Position numbers and translations under genes: made by a program
Shown: piece after piece, positions 17,667 to 31,775 of the stretch
How positions within the stretch are numbered: position 1 is the first letter of the stretch
How the letters are laid out: the number at the start of each line of letters is the position of its first letter
The notes under the pieces: model-generated
Told to the model about the DNA's origin: nothing
The model's database searches: none
The model's input: only the letters and a program-made list of their open reading frames with translations
Origin: Burkholderiales bacterium
GTDB taxonomy: Bacteria > Pseudomonadota > Gammaproteobacteria > Burkholderiales > SG8-39
Length of the DNA: 64,000 nucleotides
Direction of reading: 5' to 3'
Assembly (NCBI GenBank): GCA_044870335.1
Contig: JBIOYV010000131.1
Coordinates: 565 to 64,564 of the forward strand

Positions 17667-18331
17667 TTACGCCTTTCTGGCGATCAGGGTTCTCACCCCG
17701 GCTGGCTCAGCGAGGAGCAGCACGTCAGCCGGCCGCTGTGCGAAAAGTCCGTTGGTGACCAGGCCGGCGAGGTTGTTCAGGTCGCGCTCGAGCTCGGGCG
17801 GGTTGAGGATCGTCATCCCGTGGCAATCGATGACCACGTTGCCGTTGTCGGTGGTGAAGTTCGCGCGCAGCTCGGGCAGGCCCCCGCGCTTCACGACCTC
17901 GCGCCCGACGTAGCCGCGGGCCATCGGGATGACCTCGAGCGGCAACGGGAACTTCCCCAGCACCGGAACGAGCTTCGAGGCGTCGCAGATGCAGACGAAC
18001 TTTGCCGCGACCGCCGCGACGATCTTCTCCCGCGTCAGCGCCCCGCCTCCGCCCTTCACCATGTGCAGGTGCTCGGTCACCTCGTCGGCGCCGTCGACGT
18101 ACACCGGCAGCTCGTTCACGCTGTTCAGGTCGAACACCCGGATGCCGTGCGCCTTCAGCCGCTGCGCGCTTGCCTCCGAGGCGGCCACCGCGCCCTCGAT
18201 GCGGCCCTTGATGGTGGCGAGCGCGTCGATGAAGAGGTTCACCGTCGAGCCCGAGCCGACCCCGACGACCTTGTCTTCCACCACGTACTTCAGCGCTGCT
18301 TGCGCCGCGGCCTGCTTCAGATCGTTTTGAT

Positions 18332-18335
<4 letters not shown>
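17667..18335 (-). CDS. rpiA: ribose-5-phosphate isomerase A
   Basis: GTG at 18335 overlaps the lpdA stop (GTGA). [18 protein letters not shown]...VGVGSGST...DGADE...[11 protein letters not shown] are RpiA signatures. Confidence 0.9.
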
Positions 18336-20062
<1,727 letters not shown>

Positions 20063-21730
20063 CTAGAGGATGAGCTTGCGGATGTCGGAGAGCACCGAGA
20101 CGAGGAAGCTCGAGAAGCGCGCGGCCGTGGCGCCGTCGATCACGCGGTGGTCGTAGGAGAGCGCAAGCGGCAGCATTAACCTGGCGTTGAAGAGATCCTT
20201 TCCTTTTTCGTCCTTCCCAGCATATACAGGTCGGTATGCTCCGCGCGAAACGCCGAGGATGGCGACCTCGGGGGCGTTGATGATCGGGGTGAATGCGGTG
20301 CCGCCGATGCCGCCCAGGCTCGAGATCGAGAACGTGCCGCCCTGCAGGTCCCCGGGCTTGAGCTTGCCCTCCCGCGCGAGCTTGCTGACGTCGGAGAGCT
20401 CGTGCGCGAGGTCGAACACGCCCTTGCGGTCGGCGTCGCGCACCACCGGCACCACCAGCCCGCCGGGCGTGTCGACCGCCACGCCCACGTGGTAGTACTT
20501 CTTGACGATGATGTTCTCGCCCGACTTGTCGAGCGAAGAATTGAACACCGGGAACTGCCGCAGCGCCGTGACGCAGGCCTTGATCATGAAGGCGAGCATC
20601 GTCAGCTTGAATCCCTTCTTCTCGGTTTCGGCGGTCTGCGCCTTGCGGAAAGCCTCGAGATCCGTGATGTCGGCCTCGTCGAACTGCGTGACGTGCGGAA
20701 TCGAGATCCAGTTGCGGTGCAGATAAGGCCCGGACAGCTTCTGGATGCGCGAAAGCGGTTTCGTCTCCACCGGGCCGAACTTGGCGAAGTCGACTTCGGG
20801 CCAGGCGGGCAGATTGAACGGGAGCGGAGTGCCCGCCTTCGCGCCGGTTTGAGTGGGTGTTTTTGAAAGGGCACCTTTGACAAACGACTGCACGTCGGTG
20901 TGCAGGATGCGTCCCTTGGGTCCGCTGCCCTGCACCTGGTGCAGGTCCACACCAAGCTCGCGCGCGAACTTGCGCACCGAAGGGCTGGCGTGCGGCTTCG
21001 CGCCGATTTCCTCTTGCGGCTCTCGCGGCACCGGACGCGGCGCGGGCGCGGGTGCCACCGCCGGCGCGCTTGCCGCCATCCTGGACGGCGCCGGCGCAGG
21101 GGCGGGCTTGGCTGTAGGCGCGCTCGCCGCCGCGGCTGGCGCGCCGCCCGCGGTTGCGGAAAGGACGAGGATCGGCGCGCCCTTCGATACCTTGTCGCCG
21201 ACCTTGATCTTCAGCTCACGCACCACGCCCGCGGAGGGCGACGGAATCTCCATCGTCGCCTTGTCGGACTCGAGCGTGATGAGCGACTGCTCCTTCGCCA
21301 CCGCGTCGCCGGGCTTCACCAGCACCTCGATGACCTCGACCTCCTTGAAGTCGCCGATGTCAGGTACCGGAACCGTGGTGGAGCTGCCATCGCCCGTGGG
21401 CCTGGATTCGGGCCTCGCCTGCTGCACCGGCTCCTGCTTCGCCTCCCGCTTCGGCTCGGGTTTCGCCTCCGGGCGCGGCTGGGGCCTGGCGGTTTCGTCC
21501 TTCGCCTCGAGCTCGAGAATCGGCGAGCCCTTCGACACCTTGTCGCCCATCTTGATCTTGATCTCGCGCACCACGCCGTCGGAAGGCGACGGAATCTCCA
21601 TGGTCGCCTTGTCGGACTCGAGCGTGATGAGCGACTGCTCCTTGGCGACGGCGTCGCCCGGCTTGACGAGCACCTCGATGACGGCGACGTCCTTGAAATC
21701 TCCGATGTCCGGGACCACGACCTGAGTCAT
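20063..21730 (-). CDS. aceF: pyruvate dehydrogenase E2 dihydrolipoyllysine acetyltransferase (two lipoyl domains)
   Basis: 555 aa. Two [16 protein letters not shown] lipoyl motifs, a peripheral subunit-binding domain (ASPSVRKFARELGVDL), and a catalytic domain with SYDHRVIDGA. Confidence 0.95.
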   Translation of the reverse strand: MTQVVVPDIGDFKDVAVIEVLVKPGDAVAKEQSLITLESDKATMEIPSPSDGVVREIKIKMGDKVSKGSPILELEAKDETARPQPRPEAKPEPKREAKQEPVQQARPESRPTGDGSSTTVPVPDIGDFKEVEVIEVLVKPGDAVAKEQSLITLESDKATMEIPSPSAGVVRELKIKVGDKVSKGAPILVLSATAGGAPAAAASAPTAKPAPAPAPSRMAASAPAVAPAPAPRPVPREPQEEIGAKPHASPSVRKFARELGVDLHQVQGSGPKGRILHTDVQSFVKGALSKTPTQTGAKAGTPLPFNLPAWPEVDFAKFGPVETKPLSRIQKLSGPYLHRNWISIPHVTQFDEADITDLEAFRKAQTAETEKKGFKLTMLAFMIKACVTALRQFPVFNSSLDKSGENIIVKKYYHVGVAVDTPGGLVVPVVRDADRKGVFDLAHELSDVSKLAREGKLKPGDLQGGTFSISSLGGIGGTAFTPIINAPEVAILGVSRGAYRPVYAGKDEKGKDLFNARLMLPLALSYDHRVIDGATAARFSSFLVSVLSDIRKLIL

Positions 21731-21739
21731 GAGGCGCTT

Positions 21740-24427
<2,688 letters not shown>

Positions 24428-24511
24428 TATTTCGGTTCCGAGTAGCTTGCTGCAGGGGGGCGCGGTTAGCTTAACCAGAAAACGGGCCCAATGCTAGACT
24501 GCGCCGCCCCC

Positions 24512-25357
24512 ATGACGGCCAGGATCCTCGACGGAAAGTCTCTCGCCGCGGCGACGCGCAGCGCGCTGAAGGAGAAGGTGGACGCGCTTGTGCAGCGCGG
24601 GGTGCGCCCCGGGCTGGCCGTGATCATCGCCGGCGACAACCCGGCATCCAAGGTCTACGTGAGGAACAAGACGCTCGCCGCCGAAGAAATCGGCGTGCGC
24701 TCACGGCTCCTGGAGTATGGAAAAGAGGTTTCAGAAGCCGAGCTGATGCAGACCGTCGCAGCGCTGAACGCGGATCCGGAAGTCCACGGCATCCTGGTGC
24801 AGCTTCCGCTTCCGAAGCACATCGACGCCGCGCGCGTGCTCGAATCGATCGCACCGGCCAAGGATGTCGACGGCTTCCATGAAGCCAATCTCGGTGCGCT
24901 GATGGCCGGCCGGCCGGGCGTGGTGCCCTGCACGCCGCTCGCTTGCATGCGCCTGATCGAGCACGCCGGGGTGCAGATCGCCGGCCGGCAGGCCGTGGTC
25001 GTCGGGCGCTCGAATATCGTCGGCAAGCCGCTCGCGCACCTGCTCTTGCAAAAGGACGCCACCGTCACCATTTGCCACTCGAGGAGCGCCGACCTCGCCG
25101 GCATCTGCAGGAGCGCCGATATCCTGGTGGCTGCGGTCGGACGGGCAAAACTCGTGACCGCCGGAATGGTCAAACCGGGTGCCTGCGTCATCGACGTCGG
25201 CATCAACCGGCTGCCCGACGGCAAGCTCGCCGGCGACGTCGACTTCGACGCCGTCCAGAGCGTCGCCGGCTGGATCACCCCGGTTCCCGGCGGCGTCGGT
25301 CCGATGACGATCGCCATGCTGCTCGAAAACTGCATACGTGCCGCTTCCAAGGAATGA
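24512..25357 (+). CDS. folD: bifunctional methylenetetrahydrofolate dehydrogenase/cyclohydrolase
   Basis: MTARILDGK... from ATG 24512 (an upstream ATG at 24491 is also in frame). Contains VQLPLP, GRSNIVGKP and PVPGGVGPMT. Confidence 0.9.
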   Translation: MTARILDGKSLAAATRSALKEKVDALVQRGVRPGLAVIIAGDNPASKVYVRNKTLAAEEIGVRSRLLEYGKEVSEAELMQTVAALNADPEVHGILVQLPLPKHIDAARVLESIAPAKDVDGFHEANLGALMAGRPGVVPCTPLACMRLIEHAGVQIAGRQAVVVGRSNIVGKPLAHLLLQKDATVTICHSRSADLAGICRSADILVAAVGRAKLVTAGMVKPGACVIDVGINRLPDGKLAGDVDFDAVQSVAGWITPVPGGVGPMTIAMLLENCIRAASKE

Positions 25358-27417
25358 ATCCACTTCTTGATTTTGCGGGCCTGCCCCGCTTCGATGAGAT
25401 CAAACCCGAGCATGTCGCGCCCGCCATCGACCGGCTGCTCGCCGCCGGCCGCGCCGCGGTCGAGGCTGCAACCAGGGCGCGCCCCACCTGGGACGAGTTC
25501 GTCGCGCCGCTCGAGGATGCGAACGAGCGCCTGGGCCGCGCCTGGGGCCAGGTTGCGCACCTTCACGCGGTGATGGACAACCCCGCGCTGCGCGAGGCGT
25601 ACAACGCGGCCCTGCCCAGGGTTTCGCAGTACTGGACCGAGCTCGGCCAGAACCTGCAGCTCTTCCAGAAGTACAAGGAGCTCGCACGCTCCGCCGAGTT
25701 CGCCGGCCTTTCTCCTGCGCGCCAGAAGATCGTGGACAACGCGCTGCGCGATTTTCGGCTCGGCGGCGCCGAGCTGCCGCTGGAGAAAAAGCAGCGCTAC
25801 GCCGAGATCCAGGAGGAGCTCGCGAAGCTGTCGGCGAAGTTCTCGGAAAACGTGCTCGACGCTACGAATGCCTTTTCACTCATCGTTGAAAACCAGGAAC
25901 GGTTGAACGGCATCCCCGCCGACGTGCTGCAGGCGGCGCGCGACGCGGCAATGAAGGATGAGAAGCAGGCGGACGGCAAGCCCAAGTGGAAGTTCACGCT
26001 GCACATGCCCTCCTACCTGCCGGTGCTGCAGTACGCCGACGACCGGACGCTGCGCGAGGCGCTCTACCGCGAAAGCGCCACGCGCGCCTCCGAGTTCGGC
26101 AAGCCCGAATGGGACAACAGCTCCAGCATCCAACGAATCGTCGAGCTGCGCCGCGAGCTCGCGGCGCTCCTCGGCTACGCCAACTACGCCGAAGTCTCGC
26201 TCGAGCCGAAAATGGCGCAGTCGCCGGCGCAGGTGCTCGCGTTTCTCGACGACCTCGCGGGCCATGCCCGGCCGTTCGCCGAAAAGGACGCCGCCGAACT
26301 TCGATCTTTTGCCAAATCTGAATTGGGAATAGAGGAGCTGGCGGCGTGGGACCTGCCGTACGCCTCCGAGAAGCTGCGCGCGAAGCGCTATGCCTTCTCG
26401 GACCAGGAAGTGAAGCAGTATTTCCCCGAGGAGGCCGTGCTGCAGGGCCTGTTCCGCGTCGCCCAGGCGCTCTACCAGATCACGATCGCGCCGTCGAAGG
26501 CGCCGGTGTGGCACGAGGACGTGCGGTTCTTCGAGCTCCGGGATGCCTCGGGCGCCGCCTCTCAACCCGTGATCGGCCATTTCTACATCGACCTCTATGC
26601 CCGGGACACCAAGCGCGGCGGCGCCTGGATGGACGACGCGATCACGCGGCGGCGCAAGGGAGCCGAGATCCAGACGCCGGTAGCGCACCTCAATTGCAAC
26701 TTCTCCAGGCCCCTCAGTTCACCAACGGGCGGCAAGCCGGCGCTCTTCACGCACGACGAGGTGCTGACCCTGTTCCACGAGTTCGGGCACGGGCTGCACC
26801 ACCTGCTGACCCGCGTCGAGGACCTCGGCGTGTCGGGCATCAACGGCGTCGAATGGGACGCGGTCGAGCTTCCCAGCCAGTTCATGGAGAACTTCGCCTG
26901 GGAGTGGGAGGTGCTGCGCCACATGACGCGGCATGTCGATACCGGTCAGCCGTTACCAAGACAATTATTTGAGAAAATGCTCGCGGCAAAGAACTTCCAG
27001 AGCGGCCTCGCCATGCTGCGCCAGATCGAGTTCGCGGTGTTCGACATGCGGCTGCATTCGGAATTTGATCCGGCCTCCGGGCGGACTGCGCAGCGATTGC
27101 TCGAGGAGGTGCGCGATCGGATCGCGGTGCTGAAGCCGCCCGCCTACAATCGCTTCGCGAACAGTTTCTCGCACATCTTCGCGGGCGGCTACGCGGCGGG
27201 GTACTACAGCTACAAGTGGGCGGAAGTGCTCTCGGCGGACGCGTATTCCTTCTTCGAGGAAAACGGCGTCCTCGACGCGCGCGCCGGGCAGCGCTTCCGC
27301 GACGAAATTCTCGCGGTCGGCGGCAGCAGGCCTGCTGCGGAATCGTTCCGCGCCTTCCGCGGGCGCGAGCCGCGCGTCGAGGCGCTGCTCAGGCACAATG
27401 GTATGATCGCCGCGTAA
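25354..27417 (+). CDS. prlC: oligopeptidase A (M3 metallopeptidase)
   Basis: ATG at 25354 overlaps the folD stop (ATGA). 687 aa. Zinc motif HEFGHGLHH. Confidence 0.9.
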   Translation: MNPLLDFAGLPRFDEIKPEHVAPAIDRLLAAGRAAVEAATRARPTWDEFVAPLEDANERLGRAWGQVAHLHAVMDNPALREAYNAALPRVSQYWTELGQNLQLFQKYKELARSAEFAGLSPARQKIVDNALRDFRLGGAELPLEKKQRYAEIQEELAKLSAKFSENVLDATNAFSLIVENQERLNGIPADVLQAARDAAMKDEKQADGKPKWKFTLHMPSYLPVLQYADDRTLREALYRESATRASEFGKPEWDNSSSIQRIVELRRELAALLGYANYAEVSLEPKMAQSPAQVLAFLDDLAGHARPFAEKDAAELRSFAKSELGIEELAAWDLPYASEKLRAKRYAFSDQEVKQYFPEEAVLQGLFRVAQALYQITIAPSKAPVWHEDVRFFELRDASGAASQPVIGHFYIDLYARDTKRGGAWMDDAITRRRKGAEIQTPVAHLNCNFSRPLSSPTGGKPALFTHDEVLTLFHEFGHGLHHLLTRVEDLGVSGINGVEWDAVELPSQFMENFAWEWEVLRHMTRHVDTGQPLPRQLFEKMLAAKNFQSGLAMLRQIEFAVFDMRLHSEFDPASGRTAQRLLEEVRDRIAVLKPPAYNRFANSFSHIFAGGYAAGYYSYKWAEVLSADAYSFFEENGVLDARAGQRFRDEILAVGGSRPAAESFRAFRGREPRVEALLRHNGMIAA

Positions 27418-27426
27418 TCCGCACTC

Positions 27427-27990
27427 ATGAAGATGCGCACGCCCATCGCGGTTCTGCTTTCCGCGGCCGCTTTCGCGGCGCTGGCGCAGCAGCTTTATCG
27501 CTGGACCGACGAAACAGGGCGCGTGCACATCACCGACACGCCGCCGCCTGCCTCCGCGCGCAACGTGCAGAAAAAAAGCGGCGCCGGCAACGTGGCCGAG
27601 TCGCAGCAGGGCTTCGAGCTGAGCCAGGCGGTGCGCAATTTCCCGGTGACGCTCTATACCGCGCCGGCGTGCAAGGAGTACTGCATCGCGGCGCGCGCGC
27701 TGCTGAACAAGCGCGGCGTGCCTTTTTCGGAAGTGCAGGTCGTCGACGACGCGTCGCGCCAGGAGCTGAAGGCCGCCTCCGGCGCCGACGCCGTGCCGAC
27801 GTTGGTCGTGGGGCGCAGCGTGCACCGCGGCTACTCGCCCGAGTCCTACGAGGCGCTGCTGGACTCGGCGCGCTATCCCAAGGCGGGATCCAGCCCGCAG
27901 CGGGCGCAGGCCGCTCCGCCGGATCCGGACGCCGCCAAGCCCGAACCCGCGCCGAGCGGACCCTACGCGCCCAGGCCACGGAGCAACTAG
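27427..27990 (+). CDS. secreted DUF4124 domain / glutaredoxin-like domain protein
   Basis: 187 aa. Signal peptide [25 protein letters not shown]4124-type [18 protein letters not shown]. Glutaredoxin-like [13 protein letters not shown]...VPTLVVG. Pro-rich tail. Confidence 0.7.
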   Translation: MKMRTPIAVLLSAAAFAALAQQLYRWTDETGRVHITDTPPPASARNVQKKSGAGNVAESQQGFELSQAVRNFPVTLYTAPACKEYCIAARALLNKRGVPFSEVQVVDDASRQELKAASGADAVPTLVVGRSVHRGYSPESYEALLDSARYPKAGSSPQRAQAAPPDPDAAKPEPAPSGPYAPRPRSN

Positions 27991-28001
27991 GCTCGGTTTC
28001 C

Positions 28002-28775
28002 CTGCTTCGCCTCGCGACCTGGAACGTCAATTCGCTGCGGGTGCGCCTGCCGCACCTCGTCGATTGGCTGCAGCGCGCGCAGCCCGAGGTCGCCTGCCTA
28101 CAGGAAACCAAGATCGAGGACGCGAATTTTCCGCTCGCCGAGCTGCGCGCCGCCGGCTACGAAGCGGTGCATTGCGGCCAGAAGGCGTATAACGGCGTCG
28201 CGATTCTTGCGCGCTCGCAGCCGGCCGACGTGCAGCATGGCATTCCCGATTTTGCCGACGATCCCAAGCGGGTGATCGCCGCGACCGTGGGCGAGCTGCG
28301 GGTCGTGTGCCTGTACGCGCCCAATGGGCAGGCGGTCGGCTCCGACAAGTACCAGTACAAGCTGCGCTGGTACGACGCGGTTACGGGGTGGCTTTCAAAA
28401 GAACTTCAACGACATCCGCGGCTCGCAGTAGTGGGCGACCTCAACGTCGCACCTGAGGACCGCGATGTACATGACCCGAAGCGTTGGGCAGGACAGATCC
28501 ACGTCTCGGAGGCCGAGCGCGCCGCGATGCGCCGCGTGATCGACCAAGTGGGCCTGGTGGACGCTTTCCGGCTCTTCCCGCAGAAGCCGGGGGAATTCTC
28601 CTGGTGGGACTACCGCCTGGCCGCCTTCCAGCGCAACTGGGGCCTGCGCATCGATCACATCCTGCTCTCGCCGGAGCTGGCGGGGCGCTGCGGCGCCTGC
28701 TTCATCGACAAGTCGCCGCGCCGGCTGGAGCGGCCTTCGGACCACGCGCCGGTGATCGCCGAGCTCGAAGACTAG
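28002..28775 (+). CDS. xthA: exodeoxyribonuclease III
   Basis: [15 protein letters not shown]...LQETK...NGVAIL...DHAPV are typical of Xth. The stop is certain and the start is uncertain: there is no ATG/GTG/TTG near the conserved N-terminus, and the nearest plausible codon is CTG at 28002. Confidence 0.8.
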   Translation: MLRLATWNVNSLRVRLPHLVDWLQRAQPEVACLQETKIEDANFPLAELRAAGYEAVHCGQKAYNGVAILARSQPADVQHGIPDFADDPKRVIAATVGELRVVCLYAPNGQAVGSDKYQYKLRWYDAVTGWLSKELQRHPRLAVVGDLNVAPEDRDVHDPKRWAGQIHVSEAERAAMRRVIDQVGLVDAFRLFPQKPGEFSWWDYRLAAFQRNWGLRIDHILLSPELAGRCGACFIDKSPRRLERPSDHAPVIAELED

Positions 28776-30373
28776 TCGATGAGCTGGTACGCGGGAAGCG
28801 TCAGGAACTCGACGTAGCTGTCGTCGGCGGTGATGCGCTCGAACAGCTGCGCCGCCTCGTCGTACCTGCCTTCGCTCATCGCGGCCTTCACCTTGACGAG
28901 CTCGTCTTTGAGAAGGGCGCGGAAAAGCTCGACCGTGACCTTGCGGCCGTCGTCGAGCACGCCCTTCGAGGAGCGGATCCACTGCCAGATCTGCGAGCGC
29001 GAAATTTCGGCGGTCGCGGCATCCTCCATCAGGTTGAACACCGGGACGCAGCCGTTGCCCGCCAGCCACGAGCCGAGATACTGGATGCCGACGGAGATGT
29101 TGTTGCGCAGACCCGTTTCGGTAATCGGCTCTTCGGGATGGAACGCGAGCAGATCCTTCGCCGAGACGCTCACGTCTGGCCGCTGGCGCGCGTACTGGTT
29201 CGGCTGCGGCATGTGCTGGTCGAACACCTCCTTCGCCACCGGCACGAGCGCAGGGTGCGCCACCCAGGTGCCGTCGCAGCCGTCGGTCACTTCGCGCAGC
29301 TTGTCCTGGCGCACCTTCTCGAGCGCGGCCTCGTTCGCTTTCGGGTCGTTCTTGATCGGGATCTGCGCCGCCATGCCGCCCATCGCCGGCGCTCCGCGCC
29401 GGTGACAGGTCTTCACGAGCAGCAGCGCGTAGGCGCGCATGAACGGCGCCGTCATCGTGACCTGGGCGCGGTCGGCGAGGCAGAAGTCGCGGTCGGCGCG
29501 GAATTTCTTGATGCACGAGAAGATGTAGTCCCAGCGCCCGATGTTGAGGCCCGAGGAGTGCTCGCGCAGCTCGTAGAGGATCTCATCCATCTCGAACGCG
29601 GCGACCACGGTCTCGATCAGCGCGGTGGCGCGGATCGTGCCGACGGGGACGCCAAGCTCCTGCTGCGCGAAGACGAAAATTTCGTTCCACAGCCGCGCCT
29701 CGAGATGCGACTCCATCTTCGGCAGATAGAAGTAAGGGCCCGAGCCGCGCGCGAGCAGCTCCTTCGCGTTGTGGAAGAAGTAGACGGCGAAGTCGAAGAT
29801 GCCGCCCGACACCGGCCGGCCTTCGACCGTGACGTGCTTTTCATCGAGGTGCCAGCCCCGGGGGCGCGGAATCAGCACCGCGGTCCTGTCCTTCAGGCGG
29901 TAGAACCTCTGGGTACTGTCAGCCGCGGTACTTTCGAAGCTGATCGTGCGCCGCACCGCGTCGCGCAGGTTGATCTGCCCGTCCACCATGTTGTGCCACG
30001 TCGGGCAGTTGGCGTCCTCGAAGTCCGCCATGAAGGTGGAGGCGCCGCTGTTCAGCGCGTTGATCACCATCTTGCGGTCGGTCGGGCCGGTGATCTCCAC
30101 GCGCCGATCCAGGAGATCCTTCGGCTGCGAAGCGACCTTCCACTCCGAATCGCGGACGTGTTTCGTTTCCTCGAGGAAATCCGGCTTCGCACCGGCGTCG
30201 AACGCCTTCTGCCGCGCGGCTCGGCGGGCAAGCAGCTCCTGCCGGCGGCCTTCGAAACGCCGATGCAGCTTGGCTACGAAGGTGAGCGCTTCGGGCGTGA
30301 GGATCTGCGCGAACTCCGAAGTGATGCGTCCCGAGATCGAAACGTCTTTGGGTAGCGGATCGGACATGTGCAT
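28772..30373 (-). CDS. aceB: malate synthase A
   Basis: 533 aa. ...[33 protein letters not shown]... and overall AceB-length architecture. A second in-frame ATG lies at 30367. Confidence 0.9.
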   Translation of the reverse strand: MHMSDPLPKDVSISGRITSEFAQILTPEALTFVAKLHRRFEGRRQELLARRAARQKAFDAGAKPDFLEETKHVRDSEWKVASQPKDLLDRRVEITGPTDRKMVINALNSGASTFMADFEDANCPTWHNMVDGQINLRDAVRRTISFESTAADSTQRFYRLKDRTAVLIPRPRGWHLDEKHVTVEGRPVSGGIFDFAVYFFHNAKELLARGSGPYFYLPKMESHLEARLWNEIFVFAQQELGVPVGTIRATALIETVVAAFEMDEILYELREHSSGLNIGRWDYIFSCIKKFRADRDFCLADRAQVTMTAPFMRAYALLLVKTCHRRGAPAMGGMAAQIPIKNDPKANEAALEKVRQDKLREVTDGCDGTWVAHPALVPVAKEVFDQHMPQPNQYARQRPDVSVSAKDLLAFHPEEPITETGLRNNISVGIQYLGSWLAGNGCVPVFNLMEDAATAEISRSQIWQWIRSSKGVLDDGRKVTVELFRALLKDELVKVKAAMSEGRYDEAAQLFERITADDSYVEFLTLPAYQLID

Positions 30374-30557
30374 AGCAGCATCTTCTCGCTATCAAGACAC
30401 TAAATTATTGAGTAGGCGGCGAATCTCCCGCACGACAGCCCGCTCAACGGAAGTGTCGGCGAGGGTGGTTTCCGCACCGCAACATTACCACACGCAGACT
30501 GAACCCGACATACCTCACGCGTCTGCCGAATGGAGGTTCTAGGAACTGCGACCAGCG

Positions 30558-30572
30558 TTTCATATTATGAAA
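30558..30572. promoter_or_regulatory. 15-bp perfect palindrome TTTCATATTATGAAA (candidate operator) in the aceB / hypothetical-gene divergent region
   Basis: Read directly. A related half-site GTTTCATAT recurs at 30646-30654, immediately upstream of the 30669 start. Confidence 0.3.
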
Positions 30573-30668
30573 TGCGGCACTGCCGCGTGAAATCAGGCGC
30601 CGATCGGAGTACGCTCGGACTTCTCCGGTTTTCTTCCAACTCCTTGTTTCATATCGTGAGATAGCCAG

Positions 30669-31775
30669 ATGCCCGCCGCCTACAACGTATTGATTCTTGG
30701 TGCTTCCTACGGCTCCCTGCTCGCCATCAAGTTGCTTGCCGCGGGGCACACGGCGAAGCTCGTGTGCCTGCCGGCCGAAGCGGAGGCCTTCAACCGCGAC
30801 GGCGCGCGCGTGCGCATGCCCATCAAGGGCCGCGACGGCCTGGTCGAGGTGCATTCGAAGAAGCTGCCCGGCAAGCTCTCCGCGGACGCACCCGCGGCAG
30901 TGAATCCACGCGACTACGACCTCGTCGTCCTCGCCATGCAGGAACCCCAGTACCGCTCCCCGGGCGTTCGAGAGCTGCTCGAGGCTGCGGCGAAGGCGAA
31001 GGTGCCGTGCATGTCGATCATGAACATGCCGCCGCTTGCCTACCTCGCGCGTATTCCGGGGCTGTCGCTCAAGGAGCTCAGGTCCGCCTACACGGACCCG
31101 ACGGTCTGGGACGGCTTCGATCCCTCGTTCATGACGCTCTGCAGTCCGGATCCGCAGGCGTTCCGTCCTCCGGAGGAGAGAATCAACGTGCTGCAGGTTC
31201 GCCTGCCGACCAATTTCAAGTCCGCGCGCTTCCCCTCGGAAGCGCACACCAAGATCCTGCGGGACCTGGAAAAGGGCATCGAGGCCGTCCGCTACGAGGG
31301 CCTGGAGCTGCCGGTGAAGCTGAAGGTGCACGAGTCGGTATTCGTGCCGCTTGCCAAGTGGGCAATGCTCATGGCCGGCAACTACCGTTGTGTGACGAAG
31401 GACGGCATCCGTCCGATCAAGGAAGCGGTTCACGCCGACCTGCAGGCGTCGCGCGACGTGTACAACTGGGTGGTGAAGCTTTGTGTCTCGCTCGGCGCGA
31501 ACGAAAAAGACCTGGTGCCGTTCGAGAAATACGCTGCCGCGGCGCAAAGCCTCGGCAGCCCGTCGTCGGCTGCCCGGGCGCTCGACGCCGGCGCACCGAA
31601 CATCGAGCGCGTTGACCGCCTGGTACAGGCCATTGCCGCGCAGAAGGGCATGCGCTCCGCCGCGTTGGATGAAGTCGTGCGCCTGGTGGACGCGAAGCTC
31701 GAGTCCAACCGCCGCAAGGCGACGGATGCCGGCCTTAAGGCGGCGGCGCCGGCCGCAGCGAAGAAGACCGCCTAG
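30669..31775 (+). CDS. conserved hypothetical protein with N-terminal Rossmann-type dinucleotide-binding motif (ketopantoate-reductase/ApbA-like fold suspected)
   Basis: 368-aa ORF. The N-terminus NVLILGASYGSLLAIKLLAAGH resembles GxGxxG beta-alpha-beta folds. It has a Lys/Ala-rich tail. It is the only coherent ORF on this strand in this interval. Confidence 0.6.
   Translation: MPAAYNVLILGASYGSLLAIKLLAAGHTAKLVCLPAEAEAFNRDGARVRMPIKGRDGLVEVHSKKLPGKLSADAPAAVNPRDYDLVVLAMQEPQYRSPGVRELLEAAAKAKVPCMSIMNMPPLAYLARIPGLSLKELRSAYTDPTVWDGFDPSFMTLCSPDPQAFRPPEERINVLQVRLPTNFKSARFPSEAHTKILRDLEKGIEAVRYEGLELPVKLKVHESVFVPLAKWAMLMAGNYRCVTKDGIRPIKEAVHADLQASRDVYNWVVKLCVSLGANEKDLVPFEKYAAAAQSLGSPSSAARALDAGAPNIERVDRLVQAIAAQKGMRSAALDEVVRLVDAKLESNRRKATDAGLKAAAPAAAKKTA

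Noticed and set aside
24491-24511. Upstream ATG for folD (MLDCAAPM...)
   Set aside because: It is in frame and possible, but FolD proteins typically begin M(T/A)AxxIDGK. ATG 24512 is preferred, with low confidence in the choice.
30574-30592. Possible sigma-54 promoter (..CGGCACTGCCGCGTG..) upstream of the hypothetical gene next to ntrC
   Set aside because: It has GGCAC but lacks a TTGC(A/T)-like -12 element at the correct 5-nt spacing. This is a much poorer match than the glnA promoter at 36211-36226.
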